Virus record (IMG/VR): IMGVR_UViG_3300028888_000061
Location: 64,001-128,000 of that record
Strand: one strand, 5' to 3'
DNA: 64,000 nucleotides
From: a virus
Lineage: Duplodnaviria > Caudoviricetes
Program-made: the position numbers and the translations under genes
Shown: positions 1 to 9,250 of the stretch, piece after piece
How the letters are laid out: each line of letters begins with the position of its first letter
Position numbering within the stretch: position 1 is the first letter of the stretch
Notes under the pieces: generated by a model
What the model was told of the DNA's origin: nothing
The model's database searches: none
What the model saw: only the letters and a program-made list of their open reading frames with translations

Positions 1-762
1 TCCTGTCGTTGTTTTAACCCCTCCAAACTCTCCGACATTGGGCAGAAAAAAGCTCTCATCTACCCTCAACATCACAGAATAAGTTTGACCACATGATGGA
101 CATTCAAGCTGCTTTTCAATGTCGGGACCAAACTCTCCAAGAGATTTGTTTACGTGAGTAAGATAGACTGCATCACGAACAGGAAGGTTGTCATACCAAT
201 CAGCTATGGCAACTGTGTCAGAACCCGCACGGAACAAATTGCACACGTATGTGTACGCAGAGGTTACAGATTTGAGAGTTTTCGCATCCCACCTCATTTT
301 ATTTGCACGCTCTTTAGCAAGGTTTTGTGCTCTCTCTATCATCGCCGGTGTTGTTACCATAACAGTAACATGGTCATGTGATTCAGGTAGTTCAACTTCA
401 AATGGGTATTGGTCAGGTGTAAAATAATTTACTGGAATCGAAGACAAATCCCATTCAATGTCATGCACATCATTGCAGTACGGACATGTGGCTTTCATTT
501 TCAGGATGTTCCCAAGCGACATTGCACGCACTTTGAAGATAATAGCCGTCCAGTCAGAAGCATGAAAGTCAGCCGCCTTGAGTGGACAATCAACAAGACA
601 CGTGTCAATTAACCGACCAATGGATGCTTCCGATGCACCACTCAGAATATGGTCACGAAATGCTTTTGACTTGTAAGGCGTAATGGTTACATACTCGACA
701 CCATTCATTTCCGGATAAATGATGCCACGTGAAGGCAACACCAGTCTTTCTTCGACAGCCAT
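1..762 (-). CDS. Baseplate hub assembly protein (T4 gp26/gp51-like), runs off the window edge
   Basis: Own translation from ATG at 762 (AAGGAG upstream): MAVEERLVLPSRGIIY...IIFKVRAMSLG...CPYC...LECPSCG. The LPSRG start, RAMSLG and two CxxC pairs are typical of this family. Absent from the ORF track because there is no stop in the window. Confidence 0.6.
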   Translation of the reverse strand, partial: MAVEERLVLPSRGIIYPEMNGVEYVTITPYKSKAFRDHILSGASEASIGRLIDTCLVDCPLKAADFHASDWTAIIFKVRAMSLGNILKMKATCPYCNDVHDIEWDLSSIPVNYFTPDQYPFEVELPESHDHVTVMVTTPAMIERAQNLAKERANKMRWDAKTLKSVTSAYTYVCNLFRAGSDTVAIADWYDNLPVRDAVYLTHVNKSLGEFGPDIEKQLECPSCGQTYSVMLRVDESFFLPNVGEFGGVKTTTG

Positions 763-778
763 GATTTTCTCCTTAAAG

Positions 779-1135
779 TTAAACGTACTCTGAATCCATT
801 TCTTCCAGTTCTGCCCGAACTGTCTTCACAATTTTCTCAACGAATGCAGCAGTTTTCTTAAACTTAACCGCCGTAGCTTTATAGTCTTTTGTCTGCCTGT
901 AATGCATGTAAATCTGTACGCAGAGAATGCGACGTTCAATCTCTTCAAATGTGGGAAATTCTATCTTGTCGCCTTGACATAAATCAAGTATCTCAATGAA
1001 CTTATCCCCGAGTGCATACTCTAAGGCGCGAAAGATGTTGCCGTCACTCATGCTATCAAGCAACTCAGACAAAACTTCCCTGTGCGACACAGGCATTTCT
1101 GCGTAAACAACTAAACCGCCCGGCTTTCTTGGCAT
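779..1135 (-). CDS. Mor/C-family-like transcription activator
   Basis: 118 aa; LGDKFIEILDLCQGDKIEFP followed by a C-terminal HTH-like segment (YKATAVKFKKTAAFVEKIVK), the layout of Mu Mor-like proteins. Confidence 0.5.
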   Translation of the reverse strand: MPRKPGGLVVYAEMPVSHREVLSELLDSMSDGNIFRALEYALGDKFIEILDLCQGDKIEFPTFEEIERRILCVQIYMHYRQTKDYKATAVKFKKTAAFVEKIVKTVRAELEEMDSEYV

Positions 1136-1199
1136 CGTAAAACTCCTGTATGTAAACGAACTGACAGATTAACAGCTTATCAACACGAACATAACCATT

Positions 1200-1390
1200 A
1201 TGTTACAATGCATGTTAAGGTGAACTACCCACAGCCTAAAGGCGGTGTGCTTCAAATTCATTAGAATTTGATTTATCCATTCTCACGAATTGGACTTCCT
1301 GTTTCAACGAACAGTCCACATCACCAAAAGATTTGGTTCTGCTTCCCTGCCCTCCGCAGGCATAAGTTCCGATAGTTCCTACCGTACCTT
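1200..1390 (-). ncRNA. Predicted omega/reRNA of TnpB element 1; guide starts at 1219 (CTTAACATGCATTGTAAC...)
   Basis: Established TnpB biology: the reRNA overlaps the tnpB 3' end and right end, and the guide is the flank after TCAC. The 5' boundary is approximate. Confidence 0.6.
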
Positions 1391-2555
1391 TAATCTTGCT
1401 TATCGCATCATTACGCAAATTGATAGCCGCATTGTGATCCCTGCTATGTTCAAGTCCACAAGATGGACAAATCCATTTACGAACGCTCAAATTCTTTACA
1501 GCTTCATTCTTAAAACCACAATGACTGCACAACTGTGATGATGCAAACCACTTATCTGATTTAACAACAGAACAATTATGGAACGTGCTCTTCCATTCAA
1601 GCATATTCACAAATTTATTCCATGACACATCGTTGTAGTTCTTTGCGTTATGGCTGAAACGCATCATGCCTTTAATGTTCAACGTTTCAACACCAATCAC
1701 TTCATAACTACGGACAAGACGGAGAGTTTCTTTCTCCATCCAATCACGCCGCTTATTCGCTATATGTTCTTCAAACTTTGCCAATCGTCGTCTAGCTTTT
1801 TCACGGTTTTTGGAACCTTTCTTGGTTCTCGAAAAGTTCCTCTGTAAATGAGCCAGATGACGTTTTGCTTCTTGCTTGAATGGAACATAATTGTGTGCTG
1901 AGTGATTGTTTGAGTCTATGTAAGCCTTTGACGGAGAAAAATCCAGTCCGATAGCTTGGTTATCACTGCCGGAAAAAGACTTTTCTTTATCGTTCAAACT
2001 TTCATAGACACAACAAATCGAAGCATAACAACGTCCGGATTTAGTTACTTCAACGGTCAAGTTCTTCCGCTTTATCCATTTGTTATGAAACCATGCAGGA
2101 ATATGATTATGACGAAATGTGACCTTACCAATTTTTGGAAATTTCAACCACATTTCATGTTCTGAAAACAGATATTTTGACAGGTCTATTTCTCGAAACG
2201 AGCAACCATCCTTTTTCTTTTTGAAGTGTGGTTTTCCTTTCTTGCCTGCGAAGAAATCAGAGTATGCCTTCTGAGCATCACGACGTGCTTGTTGCAAAGC
2301 AACGGATGAGACTTCTTTCAAGAATGGAAATTGCTCACAAAGCTGTTTCTCTGTCTGGTACTTGAACGCCTTGTAAATCTTGTTCTTTTCATCTTTGTTC
2401 AGGTTACGACCTTTGATGTTATCAGCATAGAATTGTTCCCTTACTTCGACGTATTTGTTATAGACAAAGCGACGACAACCACCAGTTTTTATGAACATCT
2501 GAAACTGCTCTGGTGTAGGGTACAATCTGATTTTAAGACAACGCTTAATTTCCAT
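1236..2555 (-). CDS. tnpB: RNA-guided nuclease TnpB
   Basis: HTH start KIRLYPT, RuvC-I IGLDF, RuvC-II GVETL, zinc finger CSHC/CPSC, RuvC-III RDHNAAINL; catalytic D/E/D intact. Start placed at ATG 2555 rather than TTG 2609. Confidence 0.95.
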   Translation of the reverse strand: MEIKRCLKIRLYPTPEQFQMFIKTGGCRRFVYNKYVEVREQFYADNIKGRNLNKDEKNKIYKAFKYQTEKQLCEQFPFLKEVSSVALQQARRDAQKAYSDFFAGKKGKPHFKKKKDGCSFREIDLSKYLFSEHEMWLKFPKIGKVTFRHNHIPAWFHNKWIKRKNLTVEVTKSGRCYASICCVYESLNDKEKSFSGSDNQAIGLDFSPSKAYIDSNNHSAHNYVPFKQEAKRHLAHLQRNFSRTKKGSKNREKARRRLAKFEEHIANKRRDWMEKETLRLVRSYEVIGVETLNIKGMMRFSHNAKNYNDVSWNKFVNMLEWKSTFHNCSVVKSDKWFASSQLCSHCGFKNEAVKNLSVRKWICPSCGLEHSRDHNAAINLRNDAISKIKGTVGTIGTYACGGQGSRTKSFGDVDCSLKQEVQFVRMDKSNSNEFEAHRL

Positions 2556-2638
2556 TGGTAACTGACCTTTGTTACTGACCGTTTTGAATGGTGGCAAATG
2601 ATCGGTCAAATCATCTTTCGGGGATCAGCCTAGCCACC
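2556..2638 (-). ncRNA. Three-way-junction leader RNA (c4-antisense-like architecture), copy 1
   Basis: GGTGGC-TAG-GCTGATCCCC-GAAA-GATGAT(TTGACCG)ATCATT-T-GCCACC, then CGGTCA-GTAAC-AAAGGTCA-GTTAC-CAATG. Confidence 0.65.
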
Positions 2639-2670
2639 AAACATATTGATAGCATAACCTAATGCTTGTT

Positions 2671-3465
2671 TCAATAAAGAGGACTCTCTTTCATACCACG
2701 GGATTTAGCACGTGGGTTTTCTCGCTCGTCGTATGATAGACGAAACAGAGTTTTATTCGGTTGCTTCGTAATACCTCTTGACAAATCAAAAATCTTTAAC
2801 GTCATGGCATGAGCCTCTTCTTTGTTACTGAACACATAATCCAAAACTTCTTCAGACACCCCATGCGTGTGTATTGACTTGTCGTTATAAGCATTAAGGT
2901 CAAGCACAGTGTCCTCAGTCGGAAGGTATTTGTTATCCTTGTACAGACTGTTCGACATCGTATTACGGATACGGGTGTACAGAATTGCACGAAGGTTCGA
3001 TATCTTACCTGTGAAAAATCGCACCTTGTTATTTAACCAAGAGGCACAGTCGGACACAGCGAGTGTGTTTAAGCTGTTCTGGTCTTCATTTCTGTAATAC
3101 TTGCCAGACACAGAATATGCGAGCATTTGAATGTAAAGCCATCCGAACTCAGTCAGACCTTTGTCGTCAAGAAACTTATCCAAAGTCATTGACTTTGGGT
3201 CGTATTTGAAGGCATCAGGATACTTCTTCAATAAAAGCTGTGTTGCTTTTCTTGCCGAGAAAACCGCTGCCAAATCAAGGGTCTCATCGTTTGAAACAGA
3301 CCCGTCTTGCGTATCATCAGAAGCGTCAGCACTTTCTGAAAAAAGCTCAAGCTCATCACCCGTATCATCACCAACGTACTCCGCAGTTTCCCACGACAAC
3401 TCACCATTTAACTCGTACATGGACACACCCCGTGAACCAGAAGTCCGACTTTTTATGTTTAACAC
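2671..3465 (-). CDS. Possible phage sigma-factor-like protein; C-terminus supplied by the IS left end
   Basis: AVSDCASWLNNKVRFF...LRAILYTRIRNTMSNSLYK resembles sigma region 2.2-2.4; acidic N-terminus. Weak call. Confidence 0.35.
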   Translation of the reverse strand: MLNIKSRTSGSRGVSMYELNGELSWETAEYVGDDTGDELELFSESADASDDTQDGSVSNDETLDLAAVFSARKATQLLLKKYPDAFKYDPKSMTLDKFLDDKGLTEFGWLYIQMLAYSVSGKYYRNEDQNSLNTLAVSDCASWLNNKVRFFTGKISNLRAILYTRIRNTMSNSLYKDNKYLPTEDTVLDLNAYNDKSIHTHGVSEEVLDYVFSNKEEAHAMTLKIFDLSRGITKQPNKTLFRLSYDERENPRAKSRGMKESPLY

Positions 3466-3516
3466 AACGCAAAATTTACGACAAGAAATTGACCGAAAAT
3501 TTGTGCCTGTTTTTAC

Positions 3517-4629
3517 TTATCCAATCTCGAACGAATCCGCCCCTGACAACAAAGACAAGAGCATCGTTTGAACACCAAGGTCATCTGTAAATCCTTCAAG
3601 CACCCAAGACTGCATACAGTAGCGAACAAGTCCGTTCCAGTTAATGTGCCGGTCGCTCAAAGGCTTATCACAAACAAATCGCCTCACTGCATCCGAAACA
3701 TCTGGACTGTCATGGAACAAGGATACACGAAGTATCTCGCTAAAGAAACGTTTGTATTCCTCAACGAACATCGCAATGGGTAACGATAAAAGGCTCTCAA
3801 AGACTTTCTCAATGTATTCCGTTTTTATCTGTACGGAACCTGAATTAAGATTCCGTTGAAGTAAAAGCCGAACAAAGGCAATAATGCCGCGATAAAACCG
3901 TTCGGTATCCTGCATGAAAACATCACGACCGGACAAAAGGTAACGGTCCATAAGCATGTACGCATTACGCATCGAACCACGACTACGCTGTGCGAGAATA
4001 CGACACACCTCGTCAGGGACGTTAATATTTCGCTTGTCAGCACATTTACGTAACGTCTTTTCGATAAGAACGACAGACTTTGTCGTGTAGTGAAGTTCCA
4101 CAGCACGAGAACGTATAGTAGGTAACAGATTATCTGGGTCTGTTGTGCATAACAAAAATTTATGGAAAGGATGCCCTTCTTCAAAGTCCTTCAGAAGCAA
4201 CGTCTGCACGTCACGAGTAAGCTGGTGACATTCATCCAGAACGACAACACTCCACCTGCCGCCTGTGCCATAAGAAAACGAATCAATGATTCCACGAATG
4301 GCATCCTTTCTGTTCACGGTACTCGAATCGTACTCATGGTAAAACTTCCACTCACCAATCGGTGCATTGTTACGCAGACACGCAGCACACAAACCACAGA
4401 TGTCCTTGGATTGCCCAGAACGAAGTCGGTCACAGCACAATGCCTTATAAAACAGACGTGCAGAACTCGTCTTGCCACCGCCATACGAACCGGACAGAAT
4501 TATGGTGTTTGGTGTATTTGAAGGGTCTTTAGCGATATTAAGAAGAATGCGACTATTTTCATCTTCGCCGACAACTTCAGAAAACTTTGATGGTCTCTCT
4601 TCCTGAGCTAACACGTGACTGTACTCCAA
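3517..4629 (-). CDS. dnaX: Clamp-loader ATPase, DNA polymerase III gamma/tau-like
   Basis: RPSKFSEVVG, Walker A GSYGGGKTS, zinc motif CGLCAAC, Walker B VVVLDECH, TIRSR arginine finger, GSMRNA sensor 2. Confidence 0.9.
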   Translation of the reverse strand: MEYSHVLAQEERPSKFSEVVGEDENSRILLNIAKDPSNTPNTIILSGSYGGGKTSSARLFYKALCCDRLRSGQSKDICGLCAACLRNNAPIGEWKFYHEYDSSTVNRKDAIRGIIDSFSYGTGGRWSVVVLDECHQLTRDVQTLLLKDFEEGHPFHKFLLCTTDPDNLLPTIRSRAVELHYTTKSVVLIEKTLRKCADKRNINVPDEVCRILAQRSRGSMRNAYMLMDRYLLSGRDVFMQDTERFYRGIIAFVRLLLQRNLNSGSVQIKTEYIEKVFESLLSLPIAMFVEEYKRFFSEILRVSLFHDSPDVSDAVRRFVCDKPLSDRHINWNGLVRYCMQSWVLEGFTDDLGVQTMLLSLLSGADSFEIG

Positions 4630-4660
4630 TGCGTAAAATAACAGCGGTCAACTTTATATC

Positions 4661-5461
4661 CTAAACCAAACCAGACACATGAAGCAAGTCCAGCACCACG
4701 TTCTTGTAAACATTATACATACTGTCATTATCCAGAGCGAGCTGTGCAATATCACCGAAGTCTTTCTTATACGGAGAGTAAACTCTCTCCACAGTCGGAG
4801 GCTTTCGGGAGAACTTCATTTTGGTATTCAATCTGGAATACCCCGTATCTCCGGCCTCATCATTATCGAATGCGACAACACACCGAGGCGCTGTCTGTGA
4901 AACAAGAGTGAGCATCTCTAAATTCATACCGGACACACCTCCCGATGCAATCGTATATGGATAAAAACACCGCAACCAGTCAGAGTCAAAAGCACTTTCA
5001 ACCAGTAACCAAGGCTTATGATACGGTTTGTCAGAAGTCAGAAATCCATAAGGTACGTATGGAAACGGCGTAAACGAGCGAAAACTTTTAGAAAACACTG
5101 AACGCACCGTCACACCATGAACTTTATCATCCATATCACGTGACGGCATAACAATCACAAGTTCCTCAGAGCAAACAAATTTGCGAAACCAGTCAGGTAA
5201 AAAATCACATGAATATGCTGTTTGTCCGTCAAGCAACCTATAACCCAGATGTGAAGCCCAATACAAATACTTGTCAGCACAGCCTGAATTAAGAATCCTT
5301 AAACGACCGTCAAGATTCCTGTAACGAATACACAAGTCATCCTTTGACGGAACTGTCGGTAATGATGCGAACAAATCCGTCATACGCTTCACAAGGTCAC
5401 ATGCGTCAGCTTTGGTGTAAGGAATGTATGAGTTTACGTCTGTGGATTCCATACAAAACAC
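4661..5461 (-). CDS. TOPRIM-domain DNA primase
   Basis: LLVESAFD and VVAFDNDEAG TOPRIM motifs, KDFGD C-terminal motif; no N-terminal zinc finger seen. Confidence 0.75.
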   Translation of the reverse strand: MFCMESTDVNSYIPYTKADACDLVKRMTDLFASLPTVPSKDDLCIRYRNLDGRLRILNSGCADKYLYWASHLGYRLLDGQTAYSCDFLPDWFRKFVCSEELVIVMPSRDMDDKVHGVTVRSVFSKSFRSFTPFPYVPYGFLTSDKPYHKPWLLVESAFDSDWLRCFYPYTIASGGVSGMNLEMLTLVSQTAPRCVVAFDNDEAGDTGYSRLNTKMKFSRKPPTVERVYSPYKKDFGDIAQLALDNDSMYNVYKNVVLDLLHVSGLV

Positions 5462-6031
5462 TTAAATATCAAGAGACCAGACAGGGTCATTTGGGTCGAG
5501 TTCGTCTGAATCCAGAAGCGTCTGATGTAATCCAAATTGCTCTGTCATCATACGGTCATAAGCAGCATTATTCTTTGAGACTTCGTGAGCATACGCATCG
5601 CACTGCACCTGGAAACTGTGTAAAAGTGCGGTAGCTTTTTTGTCACCGATTTCTGACTTCAACCACTGTAATGCATTATCCAACGCAACTTTACGGCCCT
5701 GGGATGAATTGAATTTCTCGCTATCGAACGTCGCATGGTACTCTTCATAACACTCACGCACCTTGCAAATGTAGCGTATAATTGTCGAACGTTTTTCATC
5801 CGATAACCGGTCAACAGCACGTGAAATGGTCACGGTTGGAGACGACAACTTATACGTGAACCCGTTCTTGATGGGACTCTCTGTTATTTCGTAAGGAATG
5901 CTGAAAAACTCACCTGTTGCGACAACACCATCTGTGATGTACCCGGAGCATTCTTGATAATTTGGTTTCACAACCTTCAATTTCTTACGTTTTTGCACTT
6001 CACGTTTCCCGTAAAATAATTTCTTAGCCAT
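5462..6031 (-). CDS. Hypothetical protein
   Basis: Long ORF abutting the primase gene; likely ATG start at 6031. Confidence 0.6.
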   Translation of the reverse strand: MAKKLFYGKREVQKRKKLKVVKPNYQECSGYITDGVVATGEFFSIPYEITESPIKNGFTYKLSSPTVTISRAVDRLSDEKRSTIIRYICKVRECYEEYHATFDSEKFNSSQGRKVALDNALQWLKSEIGDKKATALLHSFQVQCDAYAHEVSKNNAAYDRMMTEQFGLHQTLLDSDELDPNDPVWSLDI

Positions 6032-6087
6032 CGCTCTACCAAAAGCAAAACCCAACACAGTCTAACAAACTGTGTTGGGTGTCCACA

Positions 6088-7335
6088 TTATTCCTTAATC
6101 AAGTCCAAATGACAAGACCAAGCACCTGATGAAATGTGTAATTCAGAGACATCGGCGGTCACGACAACATCACAGCATGAGGATGGGCATGATTTAAGTA
6201 ACATACTCAACTGAGCAGCATTCACGCACACGGTAAAGTAATTGCGAACCTCTCCAAAAACCTCGTGATGGATTACATGCTTTGTCCCATTATTCTTACC
6301 ACATAACGTAACCGACAACTCTTCGTCATCACCATCTTTGACAAAGCTCACAAGGATGTTGCCATTAAAGAAATCACGCATGTCATCCTGCATAACTGCA
6401 GGAATACTTGCAATACGTTTGAGGGAATCCAACGAGGTTATAATGCCCGCAGATACTTGAACTTTGTCATGTACGACGGATACAGTTCCGAAGCGAGCCA
6501 GAGCGAACTCGAACTGGTCACCAACAAAGCGAACATAAGGGTAGTTGTTCTTAGACTCTGTCTGAATATAAGCTCTAAGAGACTTTGACTGTGTTTTAGA
6601 CAAAAACGATGCAAGAATTTCAGCAGACCATAAAGGGAGTCTGTGAACAAATAAATCACAATCATACCTGACATAACCGCCGGTGTCGTCAACAAAGGCA
6701 TACCCATCTTTAAAAACAAGATTCGGATTAGGTGTCTTCTGTGCTTTTGCGACAACCAAAAGACTGGAGAGAACTTCTTGCATTTCTGACACAGACAGTT
6801 CTTTATCCCAAGTAGGGAAGTTCAACGGAATGTCGAACACACTTTCTGAAAAATTTCCAGTCGGCACATCAAGCCATCCACCAAGCACCAGAGCTCTTAC
6901 ATGAACATGCTCACCATCTTCAATAAATTTAAGGGTGAGATTATCGCCAAGTAACAGATTGTCAAGTTTTTGAAGCATTGACTGCTTCAAAATAACAGGC
7001 TTGCCTTCGTAAACAGCGGTTTTATTCAGCACAGGAATCGACATCTTAATCATCGTTGCGGACGAGTTGTCAGTCGCACTTACGGTAAGACGATTCTCCA
7101 TCGTTCCATTGTCTGTTTCAAACGCATCAACATCAAGCATAAAGAAAACACAATGGGAATCCTTCACACGGTCAGGTAACCGCTGCACGATGTCCAAGAA
7201 CGATTTGAGTGCCTTCCGCCGTATTGTCACATGTGGTTCAGATATGTTGACCTCTTCGTCAGACAAATCTTCGTTCACAAATAACTGATCTTCACTGCAC
7301 ACAGTCTCTAACTCTGCCATAGATTTACACTCCAA
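6088..7335 (-). CDS. Possible sliding-clamp (beta-clamp-like) protein
   Basis: 415 aa; LTVSATD and C-terminal VCVNAAQLSMLLKSC...VVV echo DnaN repeats; replication-gene context. Confidence 0.4.
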   Translation of the reverse strand: MECKSMAELETVCSEDQLFVNEDLSDEEVNISEPHVTIRRKALKSFLDIVQRLPDRVKDSHCVFFMLDVDAFETDNGTMENRLTVSATDNSSATMIKMSIPVLNKTAVYEGKPVILKQSMLQKLDNLLLGDNLTLKFIEDGEHVHVRALVLGGWLDVPTGNFSESVFDIPLNFPTWDKELSVSEMQEVLSSLLVVAKAQKTPNPNLVFKDGYAFVDDTGGYVRYDCDLFVHRLPLWSAEILASFLSKTQSKSLRAYIQTESKNNYPYVRFVGDQFEFALARFGTVSVVHDKVQVSAGIITSLDSLKRIASIPAVMQDDMRDFFNGNILVSFVKDGDDEELSVTLCGKNNGTKHVIHHEVFGEVRNYFTVCVNAAQLSMLLKSCPSSCCDVVVTADVSELHISSGAWSCHLDLIKE

Positions 7336-8233
7336 GTTTGTCCAAATATTGGGTTACGATGTTATGAATTTCGTTTGGCAGTCCCATTTCAGAAACGTAT
7401 GAACGTACAGAAGTTTGTCCGCCGTCATACGAACTGCACAAAGTCTCAACCAAATCGAACATACTCAATGATACCTCTTCCTGGTTGCGCATAATGACCT
7501 CTTCAGGCTTCTTTGCGACAGACACATCAACGAACGAAAATGCATCCGTTGAAACATCATACACCAAGACACGAGGGATACGCATCAGATTATGTGCATC
7601 AGACGAATTTCGTGAAAGACTGCCGGGGCGGTACAGCGTCCAAGACGCTTGTTTAAGAGGCATGTAGGGTGCATGGTCGTGACCGAAAATATACGTGCCA
7701 TAACCAAAGGCATCCAAATCCTCAGTCTGCAAAGACGTATCTGAGAAACCACACTGAAAGTACTCATGTGCCACACAGATTTTCTTCGCTCTGTCCTCAT
7801 CACACGAGGTAATCTTTTGGGAAAAATCATATCCGATGATTTGAAGACCCTCGTCATTCAGGTCAATCGGATTTTCAGAAAGGCGTTTCAAAAACCCAGA
7901 TATGAGCAAGACACCAAGTGATGTATCATTAAGCGTGTCTAGCCTGTCATATCGGATGTCGTGATTACCAACGATAGTGTAACACGTAATCCCGTTATCG
8001 CAGAATGACTGAAACAACTGCATCACTTGTGTGAACAATGACCATGCGACCGTCGGCGCGTCAAACAAATCACCGAGAAACACCACACGGTCGATTTTCT
8101 TTTCCATGCAGTACGACAGAATCCATTTGAGCTTCAGCAGAATGGCTTCTGCATAGTTGTCTTTACGGCACACAGGGTTTTGTGCTTTAAGATGAACGTC
8201 TCCGACGAACATCACTTTATCGTGGTGAATCAT
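7325..8233 (-). CDS. Mre11/SbcD-like nuclease (T4 gp47-like)
   Basis: Phosphoesterase motifs GDVH, GDLFD, GNHD, AHE, GHDH, PGSL; adjacent to the Rad50 pieces. Confidence 0.92.
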   Translation of the reverse strand: MIHHDKVMFVGDVHLKAQNPVCRKDNYAEAILLKLKWILSYCMEKKIDRVVFLGDLFDAPTVAWSLFTQVMQLFQSFCDNGITCYTIVGNHDIRYDRLDTLNDTSLGVLLISGFLKRLSENPIDLNDEGLQIIGYDFSQKITSCDEDRAKKICVAHEYFQCGFSDTSLQTEDLDAFGYGTYIFGHDHAPYMPLKQASWTLYRPGSLSRNSSDAHNLMRIPRVLVYDVSTDAFSFVDVSVAKKPEEVIMRNQEEVSLSMFDLVETLCSSYDGGQTSVRSYVSEMGLPNEIHNIVTQYLDKLGV

Positions 8234-8889
8234 GCCGATACTCCTGTGTCTGATGGTTTATTCTGTTCAAGTGTGTAAACACCGTTCACTACATTGTACA
8301 CCCGATTTCCGTATGGAATAAATCGCTTATCATGTGTGATTAAGACCACGATGAGCCCAATCTGCTTTGTCAACTCTGAGACAAAAGCCATGAAATTCTC
8401 AAGATACGCGGTAGAAATTTGTGTGAAAGCCTCATCCAGAAACACGATTTTCCGAACAGGCAGATTCGACACATAAAAGCACTGGATTAAGAATCCGACT
8501 GTAACAAGAATGCCGCCTGCCACAGAAGAGTCTTTCAAAGGATACTGATACCCACCCTCCTCAAGAACCAACTCAGCACATTTGTTGCCACGCTTATCCG
8601 TTGTTACAATGGTCAGAGAATACTCATGGTCTGTGAAAATCTTTCTCAGACCGAACGTCAGCAGCTTCTCAAGATGGTCTAAAGCACGCCTTGAGAATTT
8701 CTGAACGATATCGTCAATGACAGGCTTAGCCGAATCAAACACACGACCACGTTCCTTCAAATACTCCAGTTGTGCTTTATGACCTGCCAGAATCTCTTCA
8801 TTCTGTTTAGCCTGAGCAACCGCTGCCTTGTAAGCAACAAAAAGCTCGCTTGTACGCTGTTCAATTTCGTCAAAAGTCATGGGTTTCAC
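8230..8889 (-). CDS. Rad50/SbcC C-terminal half (signature and Walker B)
   Basis: Coiled coil, then VAGG signature, IVFLDEAF Walker B, LITHD H-loop. Confidence 0.85.
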   Translation of the reverse strand: MKPMTFDEIEQRTSELFVAYKAAVAQAKQNEEILAGHKAQLEYLKERGRVFDSAKPVIDDIVQKFSRRALDHLEKLLTFGLRKIFTDHEYSLTIVTTDKRGNKCAELVLEEGGYQYPLKDSSVAGGILVTVGFLIQCFYVSNLPVRKIVFLDEAFTQISTAYLENFMAFVSELTKQIGLIVVLITHDKRFIPYGNRVYNVVNGVYTLEQNKPSDTGVSA

Positions 8890-9161
8890 GCCTCTAAAGT
8901 TTGTGCATTGTCGTATGCCTGTAACGCCTGTTCAAGGTCATGCAGTTCAACTGCTAATTCACTTGAAGTACGTTCAAGCAATTCACGTGCAGACAGTTCA
9001 TCGACAACACCATATTCACTCAATGACTCTTTCAAGGCATCAAGCTCTCTTGTCAACGTCTCAAGACGTGCTTCTTCTTTTGCACGTTCGAGCATGATAT
9101 TGTCACGTCGCTTTTTAAGTTCCTCAAATTTCGTAACCATATCCTGTGTTTTAATATCCAT
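8886..9161 (-). CDS. Short coiled-coil protein, probable middle piece of the split Rad50
   Basis: Heptad-rich, about 91 aa from ATG 9161 with AGGAG RBS; stop overlaps the start of the C-terminal half. Confidence 0.6.
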   Translation of the reverse strand: MDIKTQDMVTKFEELKKRRDNIMLERAKEEARLETLTRELDALKESLSEYGVVDELSARELLERTSSELAVELHDLEQALQAYDNAQTLEA

Positions 9162-9209
9162 GTTAAATCTCCTACAAGGTTGAAACAAAAACGAAAGGAA
9201 AACAATGCT

Positions 9210-9250
9210 TATGTATCACAAAGTCGTCATAAACGTGCTTACAGCACCAC
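9210..9250 (-). promoter_or_regulatory. GGTGCTGT-box promoter inside the split Rad50 locus
   Basis: GTGGTGCTGT-N25-TACATA with TG extension; same geometry as seven other copies. Confidence 0.6.

Larger units (their letters stand above)
1220..2732 (-). mobile_element. IS200/IS605-family TnpB-only (IS1341-like) element 1
   Basis: Right-end hairpin GAAGCACACCGCCTTTAGGCTGTGGGTAGTTCAC ends in TCAC at 1220. Left-end hairpin AAACCCACGTGCTAAATCCCGTGGTATGAAAG at ~2688-2720. No tnpA. Left boundary inferred after ATCAT. Confidence 0.8.

Noticed and set aside
2590-2638. Hammerhead ribozyme (CTGAT...GAAA)
   Set aside because: The CUGAnGA core is incomplete, and the other two copies of the motif lack CTGA.
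4653-4699. Ninth GGTGCTG box upstream of dnaX
   Set aside because: The box ends in G, lies in the primase coding region, and the TATAAA is 31 rather than 25 bp away.
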